This document shows, one piece after another, positions 44,897 through 54,405 of a stretch of 64,000 bases of DNA; positions within the stretch are counted from its first letter, which is position 1; every line of letters begins with the position of its first letter. The DNA comes from Dongiaceae bacterium. GTDB taxonomy: Bacteria > Pseudomonadota > Alphaproteobacteria > Dongiales > Dongiaceae. The stretch covers positions 52,667-116,666 of the forward strand of contig JBBDMS010000021.1 in assembly GCA_040878185.1 (NCBI GenBank). Reading direction: 5' to 3'. The notes beneath the pieces were generated by a model. That model had not been told where the DNA came from. It did not search any database and was given only the letters and a program-made list of their open reading frames with translations. The position numbers and the translations under genes are program-made.

Positions 44897-45350
44897 GTCT
44901 CACTGCGGTGACGCAGGCATGTTCGCCGGCGCTGTCGGTTGCCGGCTCGATCGCATAGGTCAATGCCAGGAAGCGCGTTCCATCGAGTTCCGGATAGAAG
45001 AACAGTCGGAGCGTACAAAGATTCGGCACTTCGTAAACCCAGATCAGTGCCGGTGCCTGATCTTCGGTACGATCGGGGGCACCGAGAATGCTGGCAGTCT
45101 CCGCGGTGTCGAGCTTGAGCAGATCGTCGGGATCGCCCTCGGGCAACGCCGCCATGGATTCGGGCATCGCATCCGGCTTGGGCGGGGGCGCATCGGCCGG
45201 CGGCAGCGCCTCGGGTTCAGCGGCCGGCTCGGGGTCGGCCGCGACCGCTTCCTGGGGCCCTCGTTCCGCGGACCCGGTCTGCTGGGCGGTACTGCAGCCC
45301 GCCAGAAGCGCGCACAAACTCAACCCAACGATATAGCGCAAGTCGACCAT
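44880..45350 (-). CDS. lipoprotein, Pro/Ala/Glu-rich linker, unknown function
   Basis: Lipobox LLAGC after a hydrophobic leader. The 3' end overlaps the response-regulator start by 17 nt. Confidence 0.6.
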   Translation of the reverse strand: MVDLRYIVGLSLCALLAGCSTAQQTGSAERGPQEAVAADPEPAAEPEALPPADAPPPKPDAMPESMAALPEGDPDDLLKLDTAETASILGAPDRTEDQAPALIWVYEVPNLCTLRLFFYPELDGTRFLALTYAIEPATDSAGEHACVTAVRRAHAS

Positions 45351-45439
45351 GCCACCCTGTCCTGCGAATTTCCCGGCGATCTTATCAGCCCCGACCCGGC
45401 ACCCTCAATCAGTCGCCGGCCAATCAGGCGCCGGCCGCG

Positions 45440-46279
45440 CTATTTCTTTTTCGGCCGAAGCGACTCCCAGTCGTCCTCGGTCATGGCGCGAAGAAAATTG
45501 AACTGCCCCGCCCCTTCGAGCCATTCACCGCCATCGATCGTCACGACCTCGCCGTTAATGAAGCCGGCTCCGTCCGACATGAGGTAGCTGGCCAGGTTGG
45601 CCAATTCCTCATGACGACCCGGCCGCCCCATCGGGTTACGTGTCTCGAATTCACGCGCCAGTTCGGGGCGCGGCACGAGCCGTTCCCAAGCGCCCGGCGT
45701 CGGAAACGGCCCCGGCGCGATCGCATTGGTTCTGATGCCACGGCCCCCCCATTCCACCGCCAGGCTCCGGGTCAGCGCGAGCACACCGCCTTTGGCCATT
45801 GCCGACGGAACGACATAGGCCGACCCGGTCCACGCGTAGGTGGTTACGATATTCAGGATCGAGCCACGTTGATTTGCCGCAAGCCAGCGCCGGCCGCATC
45901 CGATCGAACAATAGGCGGCGCCGTGCAGCACGATATTCAGGACCGCATCCACGGCACGCGGCGACAAGGTCTCGGTCTTGGCGATGAAATTGCCGGCCGC
46001 ATTGTTGACGAGCCCGTCGAGCGGCTCCTCCTGCCAGATCGCCTCCAGCATCGCCTCGACCGCGTCGGCATCGCGAATGTCGCAGCGATACCCGTGTACC
46101 TTGCCGCCGGTCTCTCTCGCAAGCGATGCAACGGCCTCGTCGATAACTTCCTGACGACGGCCGCAGATGACCAACGATGCCCCGAGCTCGAGGAAACGCC
46201 GGCCCATACTGAGGCCGAGCCCGGTCCCGCCGCCGGTCACGAGCACGCGCTTGCCGGAAAGGAGAGTCTTCTCGAACAT
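45440..46279 (-). CDS. SDR-family oxidoreductase (2,4-dienoyl-CoA-reductase-like)
   Basis: VTGGGTGLG, NNAAGNF, and the YVVPSAMAK catalytic Y-x3-K region. Confidence 0.75.
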   Translation of the reverse strand: MFEKTLLSGKRVLVTGGGTGLGLSMGRRFLELGASLVICGRRQEVIDEAVASLARETGGKVHGYRCDIRDADAVEAMLEAIWQEEPLDGLVNNAAGNFIAKTETLSPRAVDAVLNIVLHGAAYCSIGCGRRWLAANQRGSILNIVTTYAWTGSAYVVPSAMAKGGVLALTRSLAVEWGGRGIRTNAIAPGPFPTPGAWERLVPRPELAREFETRNPMGRPGRHEELANLASYLMSDGAGFINGEVVTIDGGEWLEGAGQFNFLRAMTEDDWESLRPKKK

Positions 46280-46316
46280 CGTTCCTGCCTCGTGACGTCG
46301 CGTCTATTTCGGCGGA

Positions 46317-47108
46317 CTATTCGCCGCGAAAGACGGGCGCGCGGCGTTCGACGGACGCAGCCATCGCTTCCTCGAAGTCTTTGCTTTCGGCGCAGCGCTG
46401 GCCCGCGGCCCGCTCGAGATGGAGCTGCGCGTCGAGCGATCGCGACTGCGCGCCGTCGATCAGCCGCTTCGCTTCGATCTGCGCCAGGGTTGGGCCCTGC
46501 GCGAGCATCCCGGCAAAGGCGAGCGCCTTCGGCAGCAACTCGTCCGCCGGATATATTTCCGATACGAGGCCGCGCGCCTTCGCCTCCGGCGCCAGCCATG
46601 TCTCGCCGGTAAAAACAAAACGCTTCGCTGCCTCGATGCCGACAGCCCGCGGCAACAACCAGCTGCCGCCGGCATCAGGTGGATACGCCATCTTCGTGTA
46701 GGCGCAGATAAACTTCGCGCTGTCGGCCGCGAAGCGAAAATCGCAGGCCAGTGCCAGATCGAGCCCGGACCCCACGGCTGCACCGTTCAGGACGGCGATC
46801 GACGGCTTCTGATAGGCGGCAACATCGCGAATCAGTCCGTGCATCTCGTCCATCCAGGGCGATTCTTCGGCCTTGCCCGATGCTTCCGCCTCGGCCCATT
46901 CCGCGACATCGGCCCCGGCGCAGAAGCCTTTGCCGGCTCCGGTCAGAACGAGACAGCGAACGGACGCCGCACTAGCGTCCGCTACCGCGGCGCGCAGCCT
47001 GCGCAATAACGGGGTGCTGAGCGCGTTGCGAACGTCGGACCGGTTCATCGTAAGCAGGCGAACCGGGCCTTGATCCTCGATCTGCAGAATGTCGTCCGCA
47101 TGGCCCAT
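46317..47108 (-). CDS. enoyl-CoA hydratase/isomerase (crotonase) family
   Basis: LTGAGKGFCAGADV oxyanion-hole motif and VLNGAAVGSGLDLALACD. Confidence 0.8.
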   Translation of the reverse strand: MGHADDILQIEDQGPVRLLTMNRSDVRNALSTPLLRRLRAAVADASAASVRCLVLTGAGKGFCAGADVAEWAEAEASGKAEESPWMDEMHGLIRDVAAYQKPSIAVLNGAAVGSGLDLALACDFRFAADSAKFICAYTKMAYPPDAGGSWLLPRAVGIEAAKRFVFTGETWLAPEAKARGLVSEIYPADELLPKALAFAGMLAQGPTLAQIEAKRLIDGAQSRSLDAQLHLERAAGQRCAESKDFEEAMAASVERRAPVFRGE

Positions 47109-47576
47109 GATGATCTCCGGCCGGTTGCTGACCGCCAGCGATGGCGAGGGATGCTTGCGTTGATGCCATGGAACACCGGTCGCTGCCTAGCGATTACCCG
47201 GATGGGCTTCAACGGGTGCGGGCGGTCGGTTTCGCGGTGCCGTGTCGTTCCACGCCCCGGGAACGCGGGGGATTCCCTGCAAACCGGCCCTCGGTGGTGG
47301 CCGATTCCGGATGATCCGGCTCCCTGTCCAAAGTTCGGCAGAAGCAATTTTTTGACCACAAATCATGGTGTTAGATGGGTTTGTAACGCACAACCGCTGC
47401 GATCGGGGTGTCAGGGGTAGTCCGCCTCATTTCAGCCCCCTTATACTGTTGCTATCCGTCAAACCCGCACCGGTCCGGCCCTGGGCTTGGACGCCGGACC
47501 GGCAAGGCGGGGGCAATGCACTCGCAATTGCGATGCATCAGCGAAAAAAGATGAGGCATCCAAGGAGACGTATCGC

Positions 47577-48704
47577 ATGACAAAGATCAATCCCGATCGC
47601 CTGCTCAAGGATCTGCGCAGCAACAAGTTCGACCGGCGGACGTTCATGCAGGGCGTGGCGGCCGCGGGTCTCAGCACCGTGCTGATTCCGACCGCCCCAA
47701 ATCTCGTTCGCGCCGACACGACCATCACCTATTTCACCTGGTCGGGCTACGATTTGCCGGAGATGTTCCCGGAATATATCTCGAAATATGGAACGCCGCC
47801 GACCTTCGCCATTTTCGGCGAAGAGGAAGAGGCACTGCAGAAATTGCGCGGCGGATTCACGGCCGACATTTCGCATCCCTGCACCTCAAATGTTCGCCGC
47901 TGGCGTGACGCCGAAGTTATTACGGCGATCGACGTGTCGCGGATCGAGCGCTGGGACGAGATCATGCCGGCGCTGAAGAAGCCCAAGGGCGTCGAGATCG
48001 ACGGACAGAACTACTTCATGCCGTGGGACTGGGGTAATACGTCGCTGCTCTATCGCGCAGACCTCGTGGATATGACGCCCGAGGATGAAACCTATGCGAT
48101 CCTTCTCGACGAGCGCTATGCCGGAAAGATGTCTGTTTTCGACTCTGCGGAAACGGTTGCGGCCATCGCCGGCCTGCTGACCGGTGCAAAGGATCCCTTC
48201 GACCAGACACCCGAAGAAATCACGGCAACGTTCGAACTCTGGAAGCAGATTCACGCGAACCTGCGTTTCTACTGGACCGATACGACACAATTTGAGCAGG
48301 CCCTTGCGACCGGCGAGATTGTCGTGGCATCGGCGTGGAACGAATCCGTCGGCAAGCTGCAGGCCGAAGGTGTCGATGTGCGCTACATGGTCCCGAAGGA
48401 AGGAATTCTTACCTGGGTCTGCGGACTTGCCGCCAATCTAAATGCCGACGGCGACGACCAGGAAGTGTACGACATGATGAATGCCATGCTCGACCCCGAG
48501 GTCGGGAAATGGCTGATCGAGTACTATAATTACGGTCATTCGAACGCGAAGTCGTATGACATCGCGGATCCGGAAATTCTCGCAAGCATGGGCCTGACGG
48601 ACCCGGTCGCGATGATCGAGAACACAGTCTTCTTCGATGAAATGCCGACGGAGATGCGCGAAACCATCAACGCCGAGCTCGAGCGGGTGAAGGCCGGGCT
48701 GTAA
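47577..48704 (+). CDS. PotD/PotF-like periplasmic solute-binding protein with Tat-type signal (orphan; no cognate permease or ATPase adjacent)
   Basis: ATG at 47577 after AAGGAGA. Twin-arginine DRRTFMQGVAAAGL. Fold call made by eye. Confidence 0.65.
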   Translation: MTKINPDRLLKDLRSNKFDRRTFMQGVAAAGLSTVLIPTAPNLVRADTTITYFTWSGYDLPEMFPEYISKYGTPPTFAIFGEEEEALQKLRGGFTADISHPCTSNVRRWRDAEVITAIDVSRIERWDEIMPALKKPKGVEIDGQNYFMPWDWGNTSLLYRADLVDMTPEDETYAILLDERYAGKMSVFDSAETVAAIAGLLTGAKDPFDQTPEEITATFELWKQIHANLRFYWTDTTQFEQALATGEIVVASAWNESVGKLQAEGVDVRYMVPKEGILTWVCGLAANLNADGDDQEVYDMMNAMLDPEVGKWLIEYYNYGHSNAKSYDIADPEILASMGLTDPVAMIENTVFFDEMPTEMRETINAELERVKAGL

Positions 48705-48732
48705 CCGCCCGACTTTGTCTTCCCTCGGTTCA

Positions 48733-48769
48733 AAGCCCCCGCCCCTCCTGGGCGGGGGCTTTTCTGTTT
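48733..48769 (+). terminator. rho-independent terminator
   Basis: 12-bp stem AAGCCCCCGCCC-ctcct-GGGCGGGGGCTT followed by TTCTGTTT, 29 nt after the SBP stop. Confidence 0.8.
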
Positions 48770-48869
48770 CCGGATTGTCTCGCCATCGGCCTTATCGCCA
48801 GGCCTGCGGCGTCGCGCCGCGAGACCCCGAATTCGCCCGGGATTTCAAGAGGATATTGGCTGTATAGCC

Positions 48870-48894
48870 ATTCAATAAGTTTAGATTATTGAAT
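48870..48894. promoter_or_regulatory. perfect 9-bp inverted repeat ATTCAATAA-N7-TTATTGAAT (candidate TetR/BetI-type operator)
   Basis: Read directly in the AT-rich island 48840-48940, just upstream of the -35 element of the TetR gene. Confidence 0.5.
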
Positions 48895-48902
48895 ATATAC
48901 CA

Positions 48903-48931
48903 TTGACTTAAAGGAATTTCTAACATATAAA
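48903..48931 (+). promoter_or_regulatory. sigma-70-like promoter TTGACT-N17-TATAAA
   Basis: The -10 ends 7 nt before the ATG at 48939 and no RBS is visible. This predicts a leaderless or near-leaderless TetR mRNA. Confidence 0.5.
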
Positions 48932-48938
48932 TTTTCTC

Positions 48939-49580
48939 ATGGGACGGCGTGAAATCAAGGAGTTCCGGCGGATCCAGCTCATCGAGGCGACCATCGATAC
49001 GGTCGCCCGCAAGGGCTTCACCGACCTCACTTTGGCCGATGTGGCGGACGCAGCGCGGCTGTCCCGCGGCATCGTGAATTTCTATTTCCACAGCAAGGAA
49101 GAGTTGCTGGCGGAGACGCTGCGTTACATGACGCAGGAATATGAAGAGGCCTGGCGCGAAGCCACCTCTCGTGCCGGCTCCGATCCCGTCACACGGCTCC
49201 GTGCGATGGTCGACGGCGATTTCGGACCGCGGACCAGCAGCCGCAAGCGGGTTGCCGTCTGGTACGCGTTCTGGGGCGAGGCGCGTTGGCGGCCGGAATA
49301 TTTGCGCATCTGCCAGGAAGTCTCGGCACAGTACTTCGCAGAGACTCGGCTTCTGGTCGAGGCGATCGCAACCGCCGGCGGTTACACCGGTCTCGACGCC
49401 GGCCTCGTTGCGCGCGGCCTCAATGCGATGATCGACGGCCTGTGGCTCGACCTGCTGATCGAACCGAAGGATGTCGACCGCAACAGCGGGAAACGCTGCT
49501 GCTATCAGTTTCTTGCCGCCCATTTCCCGCGCGAGTTCGCCGGGCTCGTACCGTTGCCCGGCGCCATCGCTGCGGCCTGA
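48939..49580 (+). CDS. TetR/AcrR-family transcriptional regulator (BetI-like)
   Basis: HTH RRIQLIEATIDTVARKGFTDLTLADVADAARLSRGIVNFYFHSKEELL. Confidence 0.85.
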   Translation: MGRREIKEFRRIQLIEATIDTVARKGFTDLTLADVADAARLSRGIVNFYFHSKEELLAETLRYMTQEYEEAWREATSRAGSDPVTRLRAMVDGDFGPRTSSRKRVAVWYAFWGEARWRPEYLRICQEVSAQYFAETRLLVEAIATAGGYTGLDAGLVARGLNAMIDGLWLDLLIEPKDVDRNSGKRCCYQFLAAHFPREFAGLVPLPGAIAAA

Positions 49581-49632
49581 CCAATAACATCACGACCGAA
49601 CGATCGGATCGAACGCCAAGGAGACCGGATCC

Positions 49633-50829
49633 ATGAACATGCCACTCACGACCGCCGACCTCGCCTGGACGCCGAAGCAGACATTGCCCGGCTGGTCCTA
49701 TTCGAACGCCGAGTTTTTCGCGCTCGAGAAGGAACATCTCTTTCTCTCGACCTGGCAGATCGTCTGCCATGTCGGCGAGCTGCCGAATCCCGGCGCCTAT
49801 GTGACCCTCAACCTGCTTGGCGAGCGGGCAGTCGTGGTGCGCGGCGAGGATGGCCAGATCCGCGCCTTCTACAATGTGTGCCGGCACCGCGCGTCGGCGG
49901 TCGTAAAAGGCCGCAGCGGGAGTTGCCGCCATGCGTTGCGCTGCCCCTATCATGGCTGGACTTATGGTCTCGACGGCGCACTCAAGGCCGTGCCGGGCGA
50001 GAAAACCTTCCCGGGTCTCGACAAACCGGAATTCGGCCTGACCCCGATCGAAGCCGAAGTCTGGATGGGTTTCGTGTTCGTGCGGTTCCGCGAAGGCGGG
50101 CCGAGCGTTGCCGAACGGATGGCGCCCTATGCGGCCGAACTCGCGCCGTACCGCTTCGCGGACATGGTCCCCGCCGGCGACATCTGGAAGGGCGAGCCGG
50201 GCGTCGACTGGAAGAACGTGATGGACAATTACCTTGAGGGCTATCATGTGCCGGTCGGTCATCCCGGTCTCTATCGCCTGTTCGGCGTCGACTACGAAAC
50301 CGACGTAAAGCCCAGCCATGTTTCGCGTGCCATGCACTGGCTGCGCGACACGCCCTCGAACAACTGGAGCGAGCGGCGCTACCAGACGCTGCTGCCGGAG
50401 ATCGATCATCTGCCGACCGAACGCCGCCGCGCCTGGGCTTATTATACGCTGCTGCCGAACATCGCGTTCGATGTGTATCCCGACCAGATCGATTTTTTCC
50501 ATGTCGTACCGACGGCACCGGGCAAATGCCGCATTCGCAGCCGCGCCTACCGGCTGCCAAACCCCTCGCCCGCGCTCAAGGCGGTGCAATATTTGAACTG
50601 GCGGATCAACGCGCAGGTGCAGAGCGAGGACGAAGAGCTGATCCGCTCGGTGCAGGAAGGTCTCGGTTCCGAGAGTTATGGCAGCGGCATTCTTTCCGAA
50701 AAGGAAATGTGCCTCGCACAGATGCACGATCATGTGCGTTCGGTGCTGCCGGTCGCCAACTTGCCCGAGCCGCCCGCGCCCGGCACCATGGCCGCCACCA
50801 ATGCGGCCATGACCGGCGCCGTATCCTGA
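49633..50829 (+). CDS. Rieske [2Fe-2S] non-heme-iron oxygenase, alpha-subunit type (GbcA/CntA-like)
   Basis: Rieske CRHR...CPYHGW. Mononuclear iron site NYLEGYHVPVGH. Confidence 0.8.
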   Translation: MNMPLTTADLAWTPKQTLPGWSYSNAEFFALEKEHLFLSTWQIVCHVGELPNPGAYVTLNLLGERAVVVRGEDGQIRAFYNVCRHRASAVVKGRSGSCRHALRCPYHGWTYGLDGALKAVPGEKTFPGLDKPEFGLTPIEAEVWMGFVFVRFREGGPSVAERMAPYAAELAPYRFADMVPAGDIWKGEPGVDWKNVMDNYLEGYHVPVGHPGLYRLFGVDYETDVKPSHVSRAMHWLRDTPSNNWSERRYQTLLPEIDHLPTERRRAWAYYTLLPNIAFDVYPDQIDFFHVVPTAPGKCRIRSRAYRLPNPSPALKAVQYLNWRINAQVQSEDEELIRSVQEGLGSESYGSGILSEKEMCLAQMHDHVRSVLPVANLPEPPAPGTMAATNAAMTGAVS

Positions 50830-50863
50830 TCGACCGTTCAACCTCTAACCGACGGGTTTTCCC

Positions 50864-52039
50864 ATGACCTATCCCCTGCCCGCGCATCTGCGCGCGTTGA
50901 AGCAGAAGCTGCGCACGTTCCTCGCCGAGGATGTCATTCCGTGGGAAACCCATGCCGAGATGAATGGCGGCGAGATTCCCGAGGACGTGCGTGCCGAGCA
51001 TTATCGTCGCGCAAAGGAACTCGGGCTGCACGGCATCTCGGTGCCGAAGGAGTATGGCGGTGTCGGGATGAGCGCGCTCGAGCAGGCCGCCGTGCAGGAA
51101 GAGATCGGCCGCGTCACCAACGGGCTCGGCTGGTGCTTCCACTCGACGCCACCCTGGATGATCGGCCCCTGCTCCGATTATCAGATGGAAACCTGGGTGA
51201 AGCCGAACATTCGCGGCGAGCGCAACGAGTGCTACGCGATTACCGAGGAACATGCCGGGTCGGATGTCGAGGCGATACGCTCAACCGCCCGGCGCGAAGG
51301 CGACGAGTACGTGCTCAACGGCGAAAAGTGGCACGTCACCAGCGCTAACAAGGCCGACCATTTCATTTTCCAGGCGAAGCTCGAGGGCGGGCCCAATGCG
51401 GGCAAACACGCCCTTTTCTTCGTCGACATCGATACGCCGGGCGTCGTGCTGGTGCGCACGCCCGCTTACATGCACACCTACTCTTCGCACCATCCGATCT
51501 TTCGCTTCGAGAACGTGCGCGTTCCGGCGCGCAATCTGATCGGCAAGGAAGGCGAAGGGATGGAGTTCACCTATGACTGGTTCCGCTACGAGCGTCTTGG
51601 CATCGCGGCGCGCTGCTGCGGCGCTGCGGGCCGGCTCATCGACGAGGCGACCGCCTTCGCCAAACAGCGCATCGCCTTCGGCGAGCCGATCGCCAATTAT
51701 CAGTCGATCCAGTTCATGCTGGCCGACAGCGCGACCGAGCTCTGGGCCGCGCGCCTCATCACCTACCGGACTGCGGAAGAGATCGATGCCGGCGCCGATC
51801 GCAAGGTGAGCCATGCGCAATGTTCGATGGCCAAACTCTATGCCTCGGAGATGGCAAACCGTGTCGCCGACCGCGCGGTGCAGATCTTCGGCGGACGCGG
51901 CTACATGCGCGAGAACGTGGCGGAACGGTTCTTTCGCGAGCTGCGGGTCGACCGCATCTGGGAAGGCACCAGCGAGATCCAGCGGCTGATCGTCGCCAAC
52001 GGTCTCTACAAGCGCGGGCTCGATACGCTGATCGACTAG
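50864..52039 (+). CDS. acyl-CoA dehydrogenase family protein
   Basis: AITEEHAGSD, QIFGGRGYMRE, IWEGTSEIQR. Confidence 0.85.
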   Translation: MTYPLPAHLRALKQKLRTFLAEDVIPWETHAEMNGGEIPEDVRAEHYRRAKELGLHGISVPKEYGGVGMSALEQAAVQEEIGRVTNGLGWCFHSTPPWMIGPCSDYQMETWVKPNIRGERNECYAITEEHAGSDVEAIRSTARREGDEYVLNGEKWHVTSANKADHFIFQAKLEGGPNAGKHALFFVDIDTPGVVLVRTPAYMHTYSSHHPIFRFENVRVPARNLIGKEGEGMEFTYDWFRYERLGIAARCCGAAGRLIDEATAFAKQRIAFGEPIANYQSIQFMLADSATELWAARLITYRTAEEIDAGADRKVSHAQCSMAKLYASEMANRVADRAVQIFGGRGYMRENVAERFFRELRVDRIWEGTSEIQRLIVANGLYKRGLDTLID

Positions 52040-52100
52040 GGGCTCTTGCCAGCCCGGCCAGCGGCAGCGGATGCTGGCGGGCGGAGAAGGGGGTGGGGCC

Positions 52101-53378
52101 ATGCGCAAGACCGTTCCGGCCGTCATCCAGGTATTGCTGGCGGTTATCCTGCTGGATGCCGCCCTCGCCATCCTGTCACCCCTGATCGGCCTCCAGCTCG
52201 CCCGCCGCGGCGTCGCGCCGGAAGTCATCGGCCTCATCAGTTCGGCTTATTACGGCGGGTTCCTGGTCGGCACCCTCACCTGCCACAAGATCATCGATCG
52301 GGTCGGCCATATCCGGGCCTTCGGCGTGTTCGCCGTGGTCGCCGCCAACTCGACCCTGCTGCACATCCTGTTCACGGATGCCTATTTCTGGATCGGCCTG
52401 CGCATCGTCGTCGGCTATGGCGTCGCCGGCCTCGTTGTCATCGTCGAAAGCTGGTTGAACGACAAGGCGACCACCGAAAATCGCGGTCGCGTTTTCGCGC
52501 TCTACATGGCGGTCACCTGGGCGGCCAGCGGGCTCGGTCCGCTCGCACTCAACATCGATGATCCGACGGGTCAGATCCTGTTCGTGATGATCACGATGCT
52601 GATCGCCTTCTCGCTGGTACCGATGTCGCTGACGAAAATCCGCAACCCCGAAATTTCGCAGCGCCAGCATTTCGGTATCAGCCGGCTCTACTCGATTTCA
52701 CCGACCGGCACGATCGTTTCGTTCGCTTCGGGGCTGGTGCCGACATCGATTTATGCGCTGCTCCCGTTCTATACGGAGGAAAAAGGCTATTCGACGGCGC
52801 AGCTCTCGATCGTATTCAGCCTCGCCGTCATCGCCGGGCTCGTCATCCAGTTTCCGATCGGCCATCTCGCCGACCGGCTCGGCCGTCGGCCGCTGATGCT
52901 GGCAAGCGCGCTGGGCGCCGCTGTCACCAGCGTTGCGTTAGTTTTTCTCGGCGACCGATCGTTCTGGTGGCTGCTCGCGCTCTACTTCCTGCTCGAAGGA
53001 TTGCTCGCACCGCTCTACGCGCTCGCGGTCGGACAGGCGAGCGACTATGTCGAGAAGAAGGATTTCGTCGCGACCAGCGCCGGGCTGCTGTTCGCCTGGG
53101 GCGTCGGCGCCAGCCTCGGGCCGACCGTGGGCGGCATTCTGATCCGGCCGCTCGGCGCCGAGGGGCTGTTCATGTTCACCGCCGCCAGCCTTTTATTGAT
53201 CGCCATCTTCGTTGCGTATCGAATGATGCGCCGACAGGCGAAGTCGGTCCTCGAGCAAAGCAACTATGTCGCGGTGCCGCAGACCGCCGCTACCTGGGGC
53301 GCGCCGGAACTCGATCCGCGCGGCGAGCCCGAAAGCGAAGAACGCCCGAAGGTTCCCAAGACCGAAGATATCGCCTGA
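52101..53378 (+). CDS. MFS transporter (12 TM)
   Basis: Loop GHLADRLGRRPLM (MFS motif A). ATG at 52101 after GGAG; alternative ATG at 52071. Confidence 0.75.
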   Translation: MRKTVPAVIQVLLAVILLDAALAILSPLIGLQLARRGVAPEVIGLISSAYYGGFLVGTLTCHKIIDRVGHIRAFGVFAVVAANSTLLHILFTDAYFWIGLRIVVGYGVAGLVVIVESWLNDKATTENRGRVFALYMAVTWAASGLGPLALNIDDPTGQILFVMITMLIAFSLVPMSLTKIRNPEISQRQHFGISRLYSISPTGTIVSFASGLVPTSIYALLPFYTEEKGYSTAQLSIVFSLAVIAGLVIQFPIGHLADRLGRRPLMLASALGAAVTSVALVFLGDRSFWWLLALYFLLEGLLAPLYALAVGQASDYVEKKDFVATSAGLLFAWGVGASLGPTVGGILIRPLGAEGLFMFTAASLLLIAIFVAYRMMRRQAKSVLEQSNYVAVPQTAATWGAPELDPRGEPESEERPKVPKTEDIA

Positions 53379-53400
53379 TCGCCGGAGCAACCAACGCATC

Positions 53401-54405
53401 ATGAACGAGACCCATCGCAGGATCCTGCTGCGCCGACGCCCGGCCGGCTGGGTCACCGAAGACTGTTTCGAGCTCGTCGAAAGCCCGCTGCCGAAGCCGG
53501 GACCCGGCGAAGCGCTGGTGCGCATGCATTATCTTTCGGTCGATCCCTATATGCGCGGCCAGATGGACGATGCGCGCTCCTATGTCGAACCGACCGCGCT
53601 GAACGATGTGATGCCCGGCGACACGGTCGGCGAGATCGTTCATTCCAACGATCCGAAGCTCCGGCCGGGACAGTTCGTGCATGGCTATCTCGGCTGGCAG
53701 ACCCATGCGGTTGCGCCCGTGCGCGAACTGGCGCCGATCGACCCTGCAGCGGGATCGATCACGCTCGCAATCGGGCCGCTCGGGATGATCGGTGCGACGG
53801 CGTGGATCGGGCTCATGCATATCGGTCAGCCGAAGCCCGGCGAGACGGTTGTCGTATCGGCCGCCGCCGGCGCCGTCGGCTCGCTGGTCGGGCAGCTCGC
53901 GCGCGAGGCGGGCTGCAGGACGATCGGCATCGCAGGCGGGCCCGAAAAATACCGGTTCGTGACCGACGCGCTCGGCTTCGACCAATGCGTCGACTACAAG
54001 TCTGCGGGCTTTACCGACGCGCTGGCCGCCGCGACGCCGGATGGCATCGACATCTATTTCGAGAATGTCGGTGGCGCCATCTTCGATGCCGTGCTGCCGC
54101 GGCTGCGGCGGTTCGCCCGGGTGCCGGTCTGCGGACTGATCTCGCGCTACAATTCGCCCCACCCGCATCCGATCCGCGATGCGCGTCCATTCCTCGTGAA
54201 CCGCATTCGGTATGAGGGGTTCATCTGCACCGACCGGATGGACCTCTGGCCGAAGGCCCATGCGGACTTCGCCCGGCTCTTGAAGGAAGGCCGGCTGGTC
54301 TGGCGCGAATCCGTCGCGCAGGGTATCGAGAACGCCCCCGCCGCCTTCATTTCGATGCTCAAGGGCGGCAATATCGGCAAGCAACTCGTGAAGCTCATCC
54401 CATGA
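53401..54405 (+). CDS. NADP-dependent medium-chain reductase (YncB/PTGR-type alkenal/one oxidoreductase)
   Basis: YLSVDPYMRG and VVSAAAGAVGSLVGQLA. ATG at 53401. Confidence 0.75.
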   Translation: MNETHRRILLRRRPAGWVTEDCFELVESPLPKPGPGEALVRMHYLSVDPYMRGQMDDARSYVEPTALNDVMPGDTVGEIVHSNDPKLRPGQFVHGYLGWQTHAVAPVRELAPIDPAAGSITLAIGPLGMIGATAWIGLMHIGQPKPGETVVVSAAAGAVGSLVGQLAREAGCRTIGIAGGPEKYRFVTDALGFDQCVDYKSAGFTDALAAATPDGIDIYFENVGGAIFDAVLPRLRRFARVPVCGLISRYNSPHPHPIRDARPFLVNRIRYEGFICTDRMDLWPKAHADFARLLKEGRLVWRESVAQGIENAPAAFISMLKGGNIGKQLVKLIP

